A stretch of DNA of 64,000 nucleotides from Eledone cirrhosa. Its lineage: Eukaryota. Location: assembly GCA_964016885.1 (NCBI GenBank), contig OZ024741.1, forward strand, positions 295,926,001 to 295,990,000. Reading direction: 5' to 3'. The notes beneath the pieces were generated by a model. It had not been told where the DNA came from. It ran no database searches and saw nothing but the letters and a program-made list of their open reading frames with translations. The position numbers were made by a program, and so were the translations under genes. This document shows positions 23,795 to 37,101 of this stretch, one piece after another (the stretch's first letter is position 1; every line of letters starts with the position of its first letter).

Positions 23795-26677
23795 TTTCTT
23801 TATTAGCCACAAGGGCACAAAAGAAGGGGACAAGTACAATGGGGGAAGTTTACATTCAATAAAAGCGTGTAAAACACAGATGAAAATTAAAGAAAAACAA
23901 TCGATTTTCCCCAATAGGGAGGAGACATTAACTATGGGTGACACATACCCCCGAAAAAAAATGTGCAACCCTCATCTCCAGGAGTACGAAGAGTGAGCAC
24001 TCCTTTCCTCTCTTCCTCCTCTTCCTCAACCTACAGGCTGATATAGAGAGAAGGCCCATTCACTCAGGCCATTCTCGCCATTTTCACCCACCTTTCATAA
24101 AACTTGCTGGGGTACAGCACCTCTCTCTCCATCCTGATTCTTCTTCCAAAGTGGTATTTGAAAAAAAGAATCAGTTGTTGGCCAGAGAGAAAGGTTTCTG
24201 CCCTCAGCCCATTCAAACTCGTCCACCATACAACCTCTTTCACCATTGCCATCAAACAGAGGAAAACCGCCTCTCCTTCGTTTTTGAGGGAGGGTGGCGG
24301 TTTGATCATGACAATGGACTCGATGGTCAACCGGATTGGTCCCACCTGTGACAATAGTCGTTCTACATAGCCCCACAGGTCGGCAACTCCTGGGCAGTGT
24401 ACGAATGCGTGCGCGACGGTTTCCTCGTCGCGCACGCATCTCGGACAGACCTTTTTTGAAGGGTCCCTGACTGGGCGCCCGTGTCTATAGAACTAGTCTC
24501 GAAATGGTAGAGCTCTTCGATAGCACTGCCAGGCCAGGGACTTTTGGAAGTTGTCCATCGGTCCCGGGCGGAAGGTCCTACCGAACAGACTGGCCAGTTT
24601 GTCTTCCTCTACGCTTAGAGTTTCTCCGAGAGCGTCGTCGCACTTGCTGCGGACCAACCCTCTATAGAATGACGAAGTGGAGTCTCCACTGATCGCCGAG
24701 TCCGCCTGCCAGAGGGCTGTGAGCGCCTGAGCACATTCGATGTGCCAGTCGCCCACTTTCTTCGGTCTTTTCTTGACCCAGGACTGCAACTCCGTTAGTG
24801 AGAAGAACTGTGGGAAGAATCGCCTCACGAACGGGGCCCACACCGGTTGTCCGGTGAGGAATACGTGGAGGTGCCGCAGACTGAGCGCGTGTTTGCGATT
24901 CGTCAGCCACGGCACCCCCAGCCCTCCGTTAGAAGGGTGTTGGATCTTCTCACCAAAGGAGCCCGCTTCTTCCAAAGGAATTGGAAGAGCGCGCGCTCCA
25001 TTTGGTGAGTGTTTTGGCTGGACAAGGCACGACGGTCAAGCGGTAGTAAATGACGGACGCTATAAAAGTGTTCGCCACCTCCGCTCGACCTTTCAAGGAT
25101 AGTTTACATTCGGTCCACTTCTGGGTGAGTGCAAACACCTTGGCCGTCACCTCGTTCCAGTTCTTCTCCACCTGGAGGTCCGGACCAAACCAGACCCCGA
25201 GCAGCTTCACCGGTCCTTCCGTCCAGCGTCCGACGACGCCATCGGAAGGCATCGGTCTGCCTCTCCACGATCCGAGTTGCAAACCGACGGACTTGTTCCG
25301 GTTCAGCTTCGCTCCTGTCAACTTCTCGTATTCCTTCAGTAAGGTGCCGACCTCCTCGATTTGCGAGGTGCTCAACACCATTACTGTCACGTCGTCGGCG
25401 TAGGCCGACGCCGCTTTCCGCAGTCCCGGTTCCAGAGAGATGCCCTGCAATAGCTCCAACTTCCGCAGTAGTGGCTCAAGAGTCAGTACATACAGAAGAG
25501 AGGAGAGAGGGCATCCCTGTCGGATGGATCGCGTGATTTGGAACGGCTCCGAGAGGTAGCCGTTCACCTTGACCCTTGAGTAGATGTTGCTGCTGTGCAT
25601 TGCAGCAATCCAGCCCCTGAACACGGGTCCGAAGCCTGCCGCCTCGAGCACATCTGCTTAGGTTTAAGGATCACACGTCCATCCTGGTCCTTCAAAGACC
25701 GAATCGTGGACTTGTTTCCACTTTTTGCCTCTGTCACTCGGGCCCAGCTAACAGCTTTGGCTCCCTCGTTACCCAGAGCACGTATTTTACTCCTGACAAC
25801 GCAGCCCTCGTGCTTCGAATCAAAGAACTTGTCCAAGACCGTTCTTGACGCCAGCACGCTGGCCACATTACCACTCCTAAACGCCTCTTCTACTTTATCT
25901 ACCAATTCCTTTTCAGTCCTATTCCTATCTAATGCTAATTCCTGACTAAAACCTATTGCTTCTATTCTCACTGCCCTCTTATGAGAGTACCACCATCTGT
26001 TGTTGACAATGGCCCCCGTCAAGTGTTGTTTAACTAGAGTGCTAATCCGTCTACTGTATGCTTTGCATGTCGGTAACGACAAGTTCAGTTTCCAGTAGCC
26101 GGGTCCCTGTCTATGGGTTCTATCAAGGTTGACTATGAAGATCACTAGTTTGTGATCTGAATAGACAACCATGAGCAATTGTGGACAGCTTAGCATGTCC
26201 CTATCCTTATTTCTAGCTAGAACTCTATCTAGGTACGATCTAGATGTTCCGCTGATATTAGTCCACGTCCCCAGTGGCACAGTCGGAAAATCTAGTCGAT
26301 ATCTATCGGCCAGGTCAAATCGGCCGATTAACTGTTTGAGGCTGTTGCACCCCCTCTATCGGAACATGCTCCCACATAGTTCCATGGGGGTGTTGGATGG
26401 GTTGTCTGGGTGGGTAGTGGCTTTCCGGCGGGGTGAGGAGGGGGTGTCTGGTCGGATGGGTGTGACTTGGGTGGGGGTACCTGGGGTGTGGAGACATTTG
26501 AAGAGGACGCGGTTGATTGGTTTCACGCAGGAATTCCCCACGTCCTCTTCAAATGTTTCTTTTAGGGACCTGTAAGTTCCTATAGGGAACCTAATCAGTT
26601 TTAGGTTCGTTTTTTTTTGTTTTTGTTGGAGCTATCCAAAGTTTTCCCTTCGGTTTTGACCAAAGGGTTGTTTTTGA
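23795..26677 (-). mobile_element. Tx1 copy C: ORF1 3' part, ORF2 and 3'UTR, with two internal deletions
   Basis: Homologous to copy A; 3' end AATAAAGAAA followed by TATATCTATCT; deletion junctions at about 25650 and 26380; ORF1 remnant NNPLVKTEG...YRSLKETFEEDVGNSCVKPINRVLFK. Confidence 0.9.
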
Positions 26678-29055
26678 TGGTCTCCACTGATTGCTGTGCC
26701 CGCTTGCCAGAGGACTGTGAGCGCCTGAGCGCATTCAATGTGCCAGGCGCCCATCGTTTTCGGTCTTTTCTTGACCCAGGACTGCAGCTCCGTCAGCGAG
26801 ACAAGCTGCGGGAAAGCCTGTCTCACAAACGGTGCCCACACCGGTTGGTGGTCGGTGAGGAATACCTGGAGATGCCGCAGCCTCAGCGCATGTTTGCGCA
26901 TCATCAGCCACGGCATTTCCCAGCCCTCCGTTGGAAGAGTGCTGACAGCAAACGGATCTCCTCACCAGCGGAGCCTGCTTCTTCCACAGAAACTGGAAGC
27001 GCATGCGTTCCATCTTGGCGAGGTGTTCACGGGGACAAGGCACGACAGTCAAGCGGTAGTAGATGACGGACGCTATGAAAGTGTTCGCCACTTCCGCTCG
27101 ACCTTTCAAGGACAGTGTGCACTCTACCCACTTCTGGATGAGCGCAAACACCTTGGCCGTGACCTCGTTCCAGTTTTTCTCCACCTGGAGGTCTGAACCG
27201 AACCAGACCCCGAGCAATTCCACCGGTCCATCCGTCCAGCGTCCAACGACGCTGTCGGACGTCATCGGTTTGCCTCTCCACGTACCGAATTGCAAACCGA
27301 CAGACTTGACCGGGTTTAGTTTTGCTCCCGTCAGCGTTTCGTATTCTTTCAGTAAGTTGCCGAAAACCCCGATTTCCGAGGTGCTCGACACCATTACCAT
27401 CACGTCGTCGGCATGAGCCGACGCCGCTTTGCGCAATCCCGGTTCTAACTGGATGCCCTGCAGCAGCTCCAAATTCCGAAGTGGTGACTCTCGAGTCAAT
27501 ATATACAGAATGGAGGAGAGAGGGCATCCCTGTCGAATGGAACGCGTGATTGCGAACGGCTCCGATAGGTAGCCATTCACCTTGACCCTCGAGCAGATGC
27601 TGGTGTGCATCGCCTCGATCCAGCCTCTGAAAACGGGACCGAAACCGGCCGCCTTGAGAACCGCTTCCAAGTATCGATGGTCGAGCCTATCGAATGCCTT
27701 AGACTGATCCAAATTGATCAGAGCCCCACCGAAGCCGTGTTTACTTCCCACCCTCTCTATGATGTATCGCATGAGGTGGAGGTTGTCGTGTATGGACCTG
27801 GTCAGGATTGCAGACGTTTGCGCTTTTCCTACCAGGTTCTCAACGACAAGCGCCAACCTCGTCGCTAGCACGTTGGCCAAAATCTTTAACTCTGTGTTGA
27901 GCAGAGTTATGGGCCTGAAGTTGTTAATTTCGTCCCCCTTGTTCTCGTCTTTCCTGATCAGCGTTACTACGCCCTTGCCTGCAGAACTGGGAATTCTCCC
28001 GTTCTGCTGCCAATTGCAGTAGACGGCTTCGAGGACGCCAGAGAACAAGTCCGGGATGCCTATGTAAAACTCATAGGGTAGACCATCTAGACCGGGTGAC
28101 TTGCGGCCCAGAGCGTCCCGTATCTCAGTGTTTTTTTCGCAGAACTCGGCATCCGTGTTCGAGAGACGCGGCAGGCCGTCGAGGTATGAACTAAAGTCCA
28201 TTGCCCCGTTCGGCTCACCGTCGTTCTACTCAAATAGTCGTGCAAAGTGCTGCTGAAAGGCCGCGTACATTTGCTTGGGGTCAAGTAGCACGCATCCGTT
28301 TTAGTCTTTCAAAGACCGAATCGTGGACTTGTTGCCACTTTTTGCCTCTGCCACTCGGGCCCAGCTGACAGCTTTCGCTCCTTCGTTTCCTAGAGCACGT
28401 GTTTTGCTTCTGACCACGCAGTCTTCGTGTTTCGCATCGAAGAACTGGTCCAGTGCCGTTCTCGACGCTAACACTCTAGCCGCATTGCCACTTCTAATTG
28501 CTTCCTCTACCTTGGCTACTAGTTCTCTTTCTATTTTGTTTTTCTCTAAGGCTAACTCTCTGCTAAACCCTATCGATTCTACTCTAATTGCTTTCTTGAG
28601 AGAATACCACCATCTATTGTTGACGATGGCTCCCGTCAACTGTTGCTTGACTAGTCTATCCGTTCACTGTAAGCTTTACGTGCCGGCAACGACACGTTCA
28701 GCTTCCCGTATCCGGGTCCTTGTCTATGTGTTCTATCACGGTTGACTATGCAGACGACTAATTTGTGATCTGAATAGGCAACCATATGCATTCGTGGACA
28801 GCTTAAGATCTCCTTGTCCCTTTCTCTAATGAAGAACCTATCTAAATACGGTCTAGATGTCCCGCTGCGGTTTATCCACGTCCACTGTGGTGCAGTCAGG
28901 AAATCTAGTCGATACCTATCGGCCAGTTGGATTAAATTTTTGAGGCTGTTGCAGCCCCCTCTACTGGGACATGCTCCCACATAGTCCCATCGTGCATCTA
29001 GGATACCATTCCAGTCCCCCACTAAAAGTAAGGAGCGAGAAGTTCCTAGAAAAAA
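26678..29055 (-). mobile_element. Tx1 copy D: internal ORF2 fragment, frameshifted, fused head-to-tail to copy C
   Basis: FLGTSRSLLLVGDWNG ... KSPGLDGL ... DQSKAFD ... HADD ... AISGD, then an abrupt switch into the ORF1 of copy C. Confidence 0.9.
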
Positions 29056-29062
29056 CTCTGCC

Positions 29063-29305
29063 TGAGTAAAGCTGGTTTGATTAGACACGAACAAAGTCAT
29101 ATCAGTAGACTTTATGTAGATTATGATCTGAAAAGGTGTAAGGAATGTGGCAAGGAATGTGCTAGCATGGGAGGTCTTAAAAGACACACGAGGACACACA
29201 ACCAGAACAAAGCAATGGAAAGTCCCAGAAGAGCGTACAATTGCCATGCGTGTGTTAGAGGGTGCACGTCTTAAGCTGGTTTAAAGAGCAACATTCGCGC
29301 CTCAC
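29063..29305 (+). pseudogene. Tandem C2H2 zinc-finger remnant, probably the C-terminus of an RTE/BovB-type LINE ORF2
   Basis: KAGLIRHEQSH ... CKECGKECASMGGLKRHTRTH ... CHACVRGCTS*AGLKSNIRA; no TGEKP linkers; in-frame stop. Confidence 0.55.
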
Positions 29306-29799
29306 ATTTTTGAGCATTTTATCGTGATACGTACGTGTGGTAGTATAGGAAACAGAAGGGGAGAGGGTGTGTAAGAGAGTGAATGAGTGAGTGTGTGAGA
29401 GTGAATGAGAGAGTGTGTAAGAGAGAAGTGTATATAGAGAAATAGTCCAAGTGAGACAGAGATAGAGCTAAAAGCAGAGTGATATATATATAGAAAGAGA
29501 GGGGGAGTTAGAAGAGGAAGAAAGAGAGGGTGGAAATAGAATGCTTGAGGAGAGAAAGAGAATGCGAAACATAAACAGATATAGAAAGAGGGGGGGGGGG
29601 TAATGTGGGGAGGGGCTAGTGAGTGATAGACACATATACAGTGAGATAAAGAATAAGTAGGGGAAGGGAGGGAGCGTAGGAAGATAGCAACAAAGATAGA
29701 GAGAGGAGAGCGTGAGTCAAAGGCTGTAGTGAGATAGCAATAGGAAAGAGTAAGGGAGAGGAAAGAGTGAGGGTGAGGAGAGAGTGAGGGAGAGGAGAG

Positions 29800-30945
29800 A
29801 GGGAGGGTGAGGGATAGGGAGCAATAGAGAGAGAGGAGGAAGTAAGGAAGAGGGAGCAACATAGATAGAGAGAGAAGACACTGAGGGAGAGGGAGCAACA
29901 CAGATAGGGAGAGGAGAGAGTGAGGGAGAGGGAGCAACAAAGGTAGAGAGAGGAGAGAGTGAGAGAGAGGGAGAGAGGGAGCAACATAGAGGGAGGAGAG
30001 AGGAGCAACATAGATAGGGAGAGGAGAGAGAGAGAGAGAGAGAGAGGGAGCAACATAGATAGGGAGAGAAGAAAGTGAGAGAGAGAGGGAGCAACATAGA
30101 TAGGGAGCGAAGAGAGTGAGATAGAGAGGGAGCAACATAGAGAGAGGAGAGAGTGAGAGGGAGATAGGGAGCAACATAGAGAGGGGAGAGAGTGAGAGAG
30201 AGAGGGAGCAACATAGAGAGAGCAGAGAGTGAGTGGGAGATAGGGAGCAACATAGAGAGGGGAGAGAGTGAGAGAGAGAGGGAGCAACATAGAGAGGGGA
30301 GAGAGTGAGAGGGAGATTGGGAGCAACATAGAGAGGGGAGAGAGTGAGAGAGAGAGGGAGCAACATAGAGAGAGCAGAGAGTGAGAGGGAGATTGGGAGC
30401 AACATAGAGAGGGGAGAGAGTGAGAGAGAGAGGGAGCAACATAGAGAGAGCAGAGAGTGAGAGGGAGATAGGGAGCAACATAGAGAGGGGAGAGAGTGAG
30501 AGAGAGAGGGAGCAACATAGAGAGGAGAGAGAGTGAGAGAGAGAGGGAACAACATAGAGAGGGGAGAGTGAGAGAGAGAGGGAGCAACATAGAGAGAGCA
30601 GAGAGTGAGAGGGAGATAGGGAGCAACATAGAGAGGGGAGAGAGTGAGAGAGAGAGGGAGCAACATAGAGAGGGGAGAGGGGGAGAGAGAGAGGGAGCAA
30701 CATAGAGAGGGGAGAGAGTGAGAGAGGGAGCAACATAGAGAGGGGAGAGAGTGAGAGAGAGAGGGAGCAACATAGTGAGAGGAGAGTGATAGAGAGAGGG
30801 AGCAACATAGATAGGGAGAGAGTGAGAGAGAGAGAGAGGGAGCAACATAGAGAGGGGAGAGAGTGAGAGAGAGAGGGAGCAACATAGATAGGGAGAGGAG
30901 AGAGTGAGAGAGAGAGAGCCAGAAACATAGATAGGGAGAGGAGAG
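29800..30945. repeat. GA-rich minisatellite with invariant core GGGAGCAACATAGA (unit about 36-42 bp)
   Basis: Core repeated more than 25 times with (GA)n spacers. Confidence 0.93.
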
Positions 30946-31139
30946 AGAGAGAGGTAGAAAGAAACAGGGAGAGAATGATATGTAGTGACTCAGAGGTGGA
31001 GATGAAGGAGTATTGGAGGAGACATGTGAATGGAAAGATTCATTCATGAATATATGATATATTTTCATGAATGGTAAATTCCCAATACATTTCCTGGCGT
31101 ATACACATGTGTACTCACATAACACACCAGCAGAGAGGC

Positions 31140-31990
31140 AAACGCCTGTGTGTGGATGGGTCTAAGCCTGCGCACTAATACATATGTGTCTCGTGTGTGA
31201 GCTTGTACGTGTTTATGTGTGTGTGTGTGTGTGTAAGCCTGCGCACCTATATGTGTGCTGTGTGTGAGCTTGTGCGTGTTTATATCTATGAGTAAGTGTA
31301 TGTGTGTGTGTGTAAGCCTGCGCATATATATCCATAGTGTGCTGAGTATGAGTTTGTGCGTGTATGGGTATCAGTGTAGGTCTGTGCACCTGTATATGTG
31401 TGCTGTGTGAGCTGGTGTATGTGTATATGTATGTGTGATTGTATGTATGTATATGTGTGTGTGTGTCTGGTGTGTGTGCTTGTACGTGTTTATATGTATG
31501 TGTGTGTAAGCCTGCGCGCCTATATATGTGTGTTGTGTGTGAGATGACTTGTGTTTTTATGTATGTGTGATTGTATGTATGAATGTGTATGTGTGTGTAA
31601 GCCCGCACACCTCTATGTGTGTGTGTGCTGTGTGAGCTTCTGCGTGTTTATATGTATATTCCTATGTGTGTGTGTGTGTGTGTAAGTCAGAGCACCTACA
31701 TATGTATACGTTGTGTGAACTTGTGCGTGTTTATTTGTATGTGTGTGTGTGTAAGCCTGCGCAGATATATATGTGTTGTGTGTGAGCATGTGCGTGTTTA
31801 TATGTATGTGTGTGTGTAAGCCTGCGCAGATATATATGTGTTGTGTGTGAGCATGTGCGTGTTTACATGTATATGTGTGTGTAAGCCTGCACATCTATAA
31901 ATGTGTGTGATGTGTGTGAGCTTGTGCGTATTTATAAATATGTGTGTGAGTGTATGCGTGTGTGTGAGTATGCACATGTATGTGTGTGTA
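31140..31990. repeat. Degenerate TG-rich minisatellite with GTAAGCCTGCGCA core
   Basis: Core or close variants recur at about 31163, 31233, 31312, 31506, 31597, 31751, 31816 and 31881. Confidence 0.75.
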
Positions 31991-32579
31991 GTGTGTCATT
32001 TATTTATGCTAGTATGTAGGACGAAAGATATCCGGAATTTAGGCTTATCAGTCCAGAGTTTATTCCAATGATATGTAGTGTGAAATGATTGAGAATACAA
32101 GACGTGCCTTCTCATAAATTGGATAGGGATGAGGGTGAGGCTTGTCATTGCTTTTGCCTCTTTTTTCTTTTTTCTTTCTTTTTTTTTTTAATTGGAAATA
32201 ACTCCCAGAGGGTTGGGGGGAGTAACCACTTAATTTACTGGAAGTTAAGAAAGAAAAGAAAAATCTAAGGAGATGCTGCTCTTGAAATCAAAAGACGGTC
32301 ACCAGAATATTTGAAACAAAGAAGAATATACTCTTCGGGAACATATAAAAGGAAGAGAGGTTTACAAGATAGACATTCTTGGAAAAAAAGACTAGAATGG
32401 AAACTCTTCAAAGAAGAGGGGACAAAAATATAGATAGCTATACTTTACCAATGTTTTGGGTACATTTTTTTGTCTGTGGTTACCTTCCGACACTCATCGG
32501 GAATCCACCTATAATTATCCAGCTCCTTAATGGGCCCTTAACGACCACTGTTAGTGAAAAAAGTCACCACATTTTGATA

Positions 32580-32990
32580 CATCTATGAAGAATATCCTCA
32601 TACCACATAAAAGACATTATCTTAACATTTTAATCAGGAAAACAGATGAGTACATCAAGAGGATCAGATATAGAATTGTTTTTCTTTGACCATCCTAGAG
32701 TAGCATCGACCAATGAACAAAAGGTTGGGTTCAGAACCAATAAACCTCAACCAGCCAACAGCCTAATGGAATCATTCAAGAATGACCGTTTCCAAATGAT
32801 TAAGAACATGGAGTTCCACCAATATTATCTTCCGAGTCTATCTGAAGAAAGAGTTCCAGGAAACAAAAGACTGTAAACCATCACGTCCCGACAGTTAAAA
32901 CGAAAAATCTGTACGAGGTAGATATCCCAGCATAGAAACGTCTGGCAAACAACGCCATTACCAGCGTGTACGAAAACGTCGAAACCAACG
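32580..32990 (+). pseudogene. Degraded N-terminal ORF fragment of a Naiad-type PLE
   Basis: SMKNILIPHKRHY ... FFFD ... VGFRTNKP ... FKNDRFQMIKNMEF ... KTKNLYEVD ... NAITSVYEN resembles the PLE pre-RT region (S.KNIP.P, ADKT.NLY, IT..Y.K). Confidence 0.55.
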
Positions 32991-33030
<40 letters not shown>

Positions 33031-33120
33031 GGAAAGTTATATTTAAAATTGTTGGGTTACAACTAGTAAATATTTATAACTGATATAAAAGCACTCGACA
33101 AATATTTGGAGTATATTTAC

Positions 33121-33458
33121 AATATTAAATAAATGGAAAACTATATTTATAAAACCATATCTATTTCGTTATATATATTTCGGGGATATCATATTAACAA
33201 TATGCTATGCCTTCATCAGACAAAATACAATATAAACAGTTTTATAGATAAATAGATTCGACATACCGACATACTGCCAGCTTAAACCTCTTCAAATGAA
33301 GTCGGTGTTATAACGGTATGTCGAATCTATTTATCTATAAAACTGTTTATATTGTATTTTGTCTGATGAAGGCATAGCATATTGTTAATATGATATCCCC
33401 GAAATATATATAATGAAATAGATATGGTTTTATAAATATAGTTTTCCATTTATTTAAT

Positions 33459-33461
<3 letters not shown>
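33121..33461. mobile_element. Palindromic pLTR-like remnant with one hammerhead per arm
   Basis: Arms 33121-33268 and 33314-33461 are near-perfect inverted repeats; hammerhead tattttgt CTGATGA ... GAAA tatata TA atgaaata at 33355-33420(+) and 33162-33227(-). Confidence 0.8.
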
Positions 33462-33509
<48 letters not shown>

Positions 33510-33511
<2 letters not shown>

Positions 33512-34220
33512 TGTACATATATATATATACGTACATACATATATGTATACAGACGTACAGTAGTATGTATATATATATATACATACATGCACACATATAT
33601 ATATGTACGTAAGGATTCACTGAACATTTATTATAATGCTCGGTGTGTTTGTAAACAAACATCCCGAATTAAGCCGTACAGTGTCTAGCAACCATCGTTG
33701 CTCATTTGTTCAACACTGACAATGGAACGCTGTACTAGTTTCAAGCTTATTAGCTATCATCAGCAACGTATACCTTCCTGCCAGATGATTGAACGTCTGA
33801 AAGTATATACTTTCCTTATGCATATTAACGGCTGAGCAGCCTAATTTACATATCGAGTGAGTTAATCGGCCGGGGTACCGAAAACGATAAACGGAAAAAA
33901 TGAAACGAAATTTCATTTCTCACTCTTAGTACGGCTGTTACTTAAATATAAGTATGTACACGTACATACATATATGTATACAGACGTACAGTAGTATGTA
34001 TATATATATACATACATACACACATATATATATGTACGTATGGATTCACCGAACATTTATTATAATGCTCGGTGTGTTTGTAAACAAACATCCCGAATTA
34101 AGCTGTACAGTGTCTAGCAACCATCGTTGCTCAATTCTTCAACACTGACAAAGGAACGCTGTACTAGTTTCAAGCTTATTAGCTATCGTCAGCAACGTAC
34201 ACATATATCCCCCCCCCCTC

Positions 34221-34251
<31 letters not shown>

Positions 34252-34322
34252 TATATCAGGGGTTATAGTTACCCACTATCTCCCTTTCAATCCAAATAAT
34301 AATGAGATTTTTTTTATAGAGG

Positions 34323-34405
<83 letters not shown>

Positions 34406-34588
34406 ACAACACAATCGGTACAGTTTATGGAAGGGATATATTAGGTTTACGCTTGATATAGCAGGAAGAGGGTCTTAACGTTTCGGACGCTAGTCCTACA
34501 CCAGAAGAAAGAATGAGAAATAAGATAGATTGAGGAGACGGGTGGGAATAGGTAAAAATGTCTTTAGATATAACAGGTCCATTCATGT

Positions 34589-34643
<55 letters not shown>

Positions 34644-35356
34644 GATATATACATATATATATATGTGTATGTGTGTGTGTGTATACATTATCCAAGTCAT
34701 CATATACATATATTATACACACACACACACATACACACATACACACACATATATGTATATATATATATATAATAAGTGTTCGGTGAATCCATACGTACAT
34801 ATATATATATGTGCATGTATGTATGTATGTATATATATACATACTACTGTACGTCTGTATACATATATGTATGTACGTGTACATACTTATATTTAAGTAA
34901 CAGCCGTACTAAGAGTGGGAAATGAAATTTCGTTTCATTTTTTCCGTTTATCGTTTTCGGTGCACCCGGCCGATTAACCCACTCGATATGCAAATTGGGC
35001 TACTCAGCCGTTAATATTCATAAGGTAAGTTCAACAATCTGGCAGGAAGGTATACGTTGCTGACGATAGCTAATAAGCTTGAAACTAGTACAGCGTTCCT
35101 TTGTCAGTGTTGAACAAACGAGCAACGATGGTTGCTAGACACTACGGCTTAATACGGGATGTTTGTTTACAAACACACCGAGCATTATAATAAATGTTCG
35201 GTGAATCCATACGTACATATATATATGTGTGCATGTATGTATATATATATACATACTACTGTACGTCTGTATACATATATGTATATACGTGTACATACTT
35301 ATATTTAAGTAACAGCCGTACTAAGTGGGAAATTAAATTTCGTTTCATTTTTTTCC

Positions 35357-35360
<4 letters not shown>
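33510..35360. mobile_element. Retrozyme-like or pLTR-like repeat: tandem 429-bp units plus an inverted set
   Basis: Hammerheads at 33728-33768(-), 34157-34197(-) and 35055-35095(+); 33510-34200 is inverted relative to 34770-35360. Confidence 0.75.
35055..35095 (+). ncRNA. Minimal type I hammerhead ribozyme
   Basis: cgttg CTGACGA tagct aata agctt GAAA ctag TA cagcg; palindromic stem III (ACTAGT); GUA triplet. Confidence 0.85.
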
Positions 35361-35403
<43 letters not shown>

Positions 35404-35888
35404 TACATACGTATATATACACTACAATCATCCACGTCATCATATACATACATTATATATAAGCAATTGTATATATATATATACACATAAACACTCTCAC
35501 ACACAGATGCGCGCGCATGTACACTACGCATTGTCACATCTACAGATTCACTACATCAAAGAATGCAGTCTTACAAATCTATTCTAATCAACTCGTCATT
35601 TCATTGGTTAATTATTACCTCTATTTTGTGGGATAGCGCTTTGATATATATGATGTCACTTCCGCTTTAATACCATTGATCTTTCATACTCATGTTTAAT
35701 AGCGCAGTGCTTGTTTCAATGTTTGTATGCTTGTGTGTGTGTGTGCGTGCGTGTGTGTGTGTGTTAATAGATGTGTGTGTGTGTGAAAGAGAGTGGGTGG
35801 TATGCGTGTTTTTTATAGGTGTGAGTTAACAAGTAGATACAACCATATGTATGTGTGTACGTGTGTCTGTGAATATACACACATACAC

Positions 35889-35956
<68 letters not shown>

Positions 35957-36080
35957 GCATAGACAGATTTGAACTCATACATATCATATATACACGCACA
36001 AACAAAACCATACAAACACACATATATACATACATGCATACATACATACATACATACACACATACACATATACATACATA

Positions 36081-36406
36081 CAGGAGAAGGGGGACATCTA
36101 CGGACCATTGATGAGGAGTTTACAAATCCAGTATCCAAGATACACCTTTAGCTTCATACCCATCATTATTGGAGCTACGGGTTATATACCAACCCGCTTG
36201 GACCAAAGTATGACTGAACTTGGATTTGCGGACAAAAAGCGCAGCTCCCTAATTCATAGTCTACAAATGGCTGCGATAGCTGGCACCTTCAAAATTTTCA
36301 AAACATTCTTGCGATTCAAGGGATGACAATTTCTTTTCTTTTACAACCTTGCCACCAGGAAGGTGGCCGGTCAAAAAAATATACTCGAAATTAAGAGAAA
36401 GAGAAA
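36081..36406 (+). mobile_element. 5'-truncated R4/Dong-like non-LTR element (RLE C-terminus and 3'UTR) in (CATA)n
   Basis: QEKGDIYGPLMRSLQIQYPRYTFSFIPIIIGATGYIP...LQMAAIAGTFKIFKTFL* fits the R4/Dong tail EK..KY..L...IP.VIGA.G...LQ.A.L.GT..I; (CATA)n on both sides. Confidence 0.75.
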
Positions 36407-36666
36407 ACATACATACATACATAAATACATAAATATATACATACATACACACATACACACATACATACATACATAAATACATACATACATACATACATAC
36501 ATACATACATACATACATACATACATAAATACATACATACATACATACACACATACATACATACATACATACATACATACATAAATACATAAATACATAC
36601 ATACATACATACACACATACACACATAAATACACACATACATACATACATACATACATAAATATAT

Positions 36667-36702
<36 letters not shown>

Positions 36703-36755
36703 ACATACATACATACATACATACATACATACATACATACATACATACATACATA
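36407..36755. repeat. (CATA)n microsatellite
   Basis: Direct inspection. Confidence 0.95.
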
Positions 36756-37022
36756 GTCATGGGAGTGATAGGATGAATAATTCAATGCGAGAAAAAATCT
36801 ATATTTCATTGATGACTAATTAGAGAAACTTACAAAAAGTATCCACACTCACACACACACAAACGTATATCCACACTCACACACAAAAGTGTATACACAT
36901 ACACCAATCACACACCATCACTGATACATACAGGTACAGACACACAGACTGACACACATTTACTCACAGAATTCTGCGGCAATTTGTAGAAGTTCAAATC
37001 GTTATGTGGTTATGTGTGTGTG

Positions 37023-37099
<77 letters not shown>

Positions 37100-37101
<2 letters not shown>

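Noticed and set aside
29302-31125. 400-600 aa Leu/Ser/Pro-rich ORFs on the minus strand
   Set aside because: Translation of a CT-rich minisatellite.
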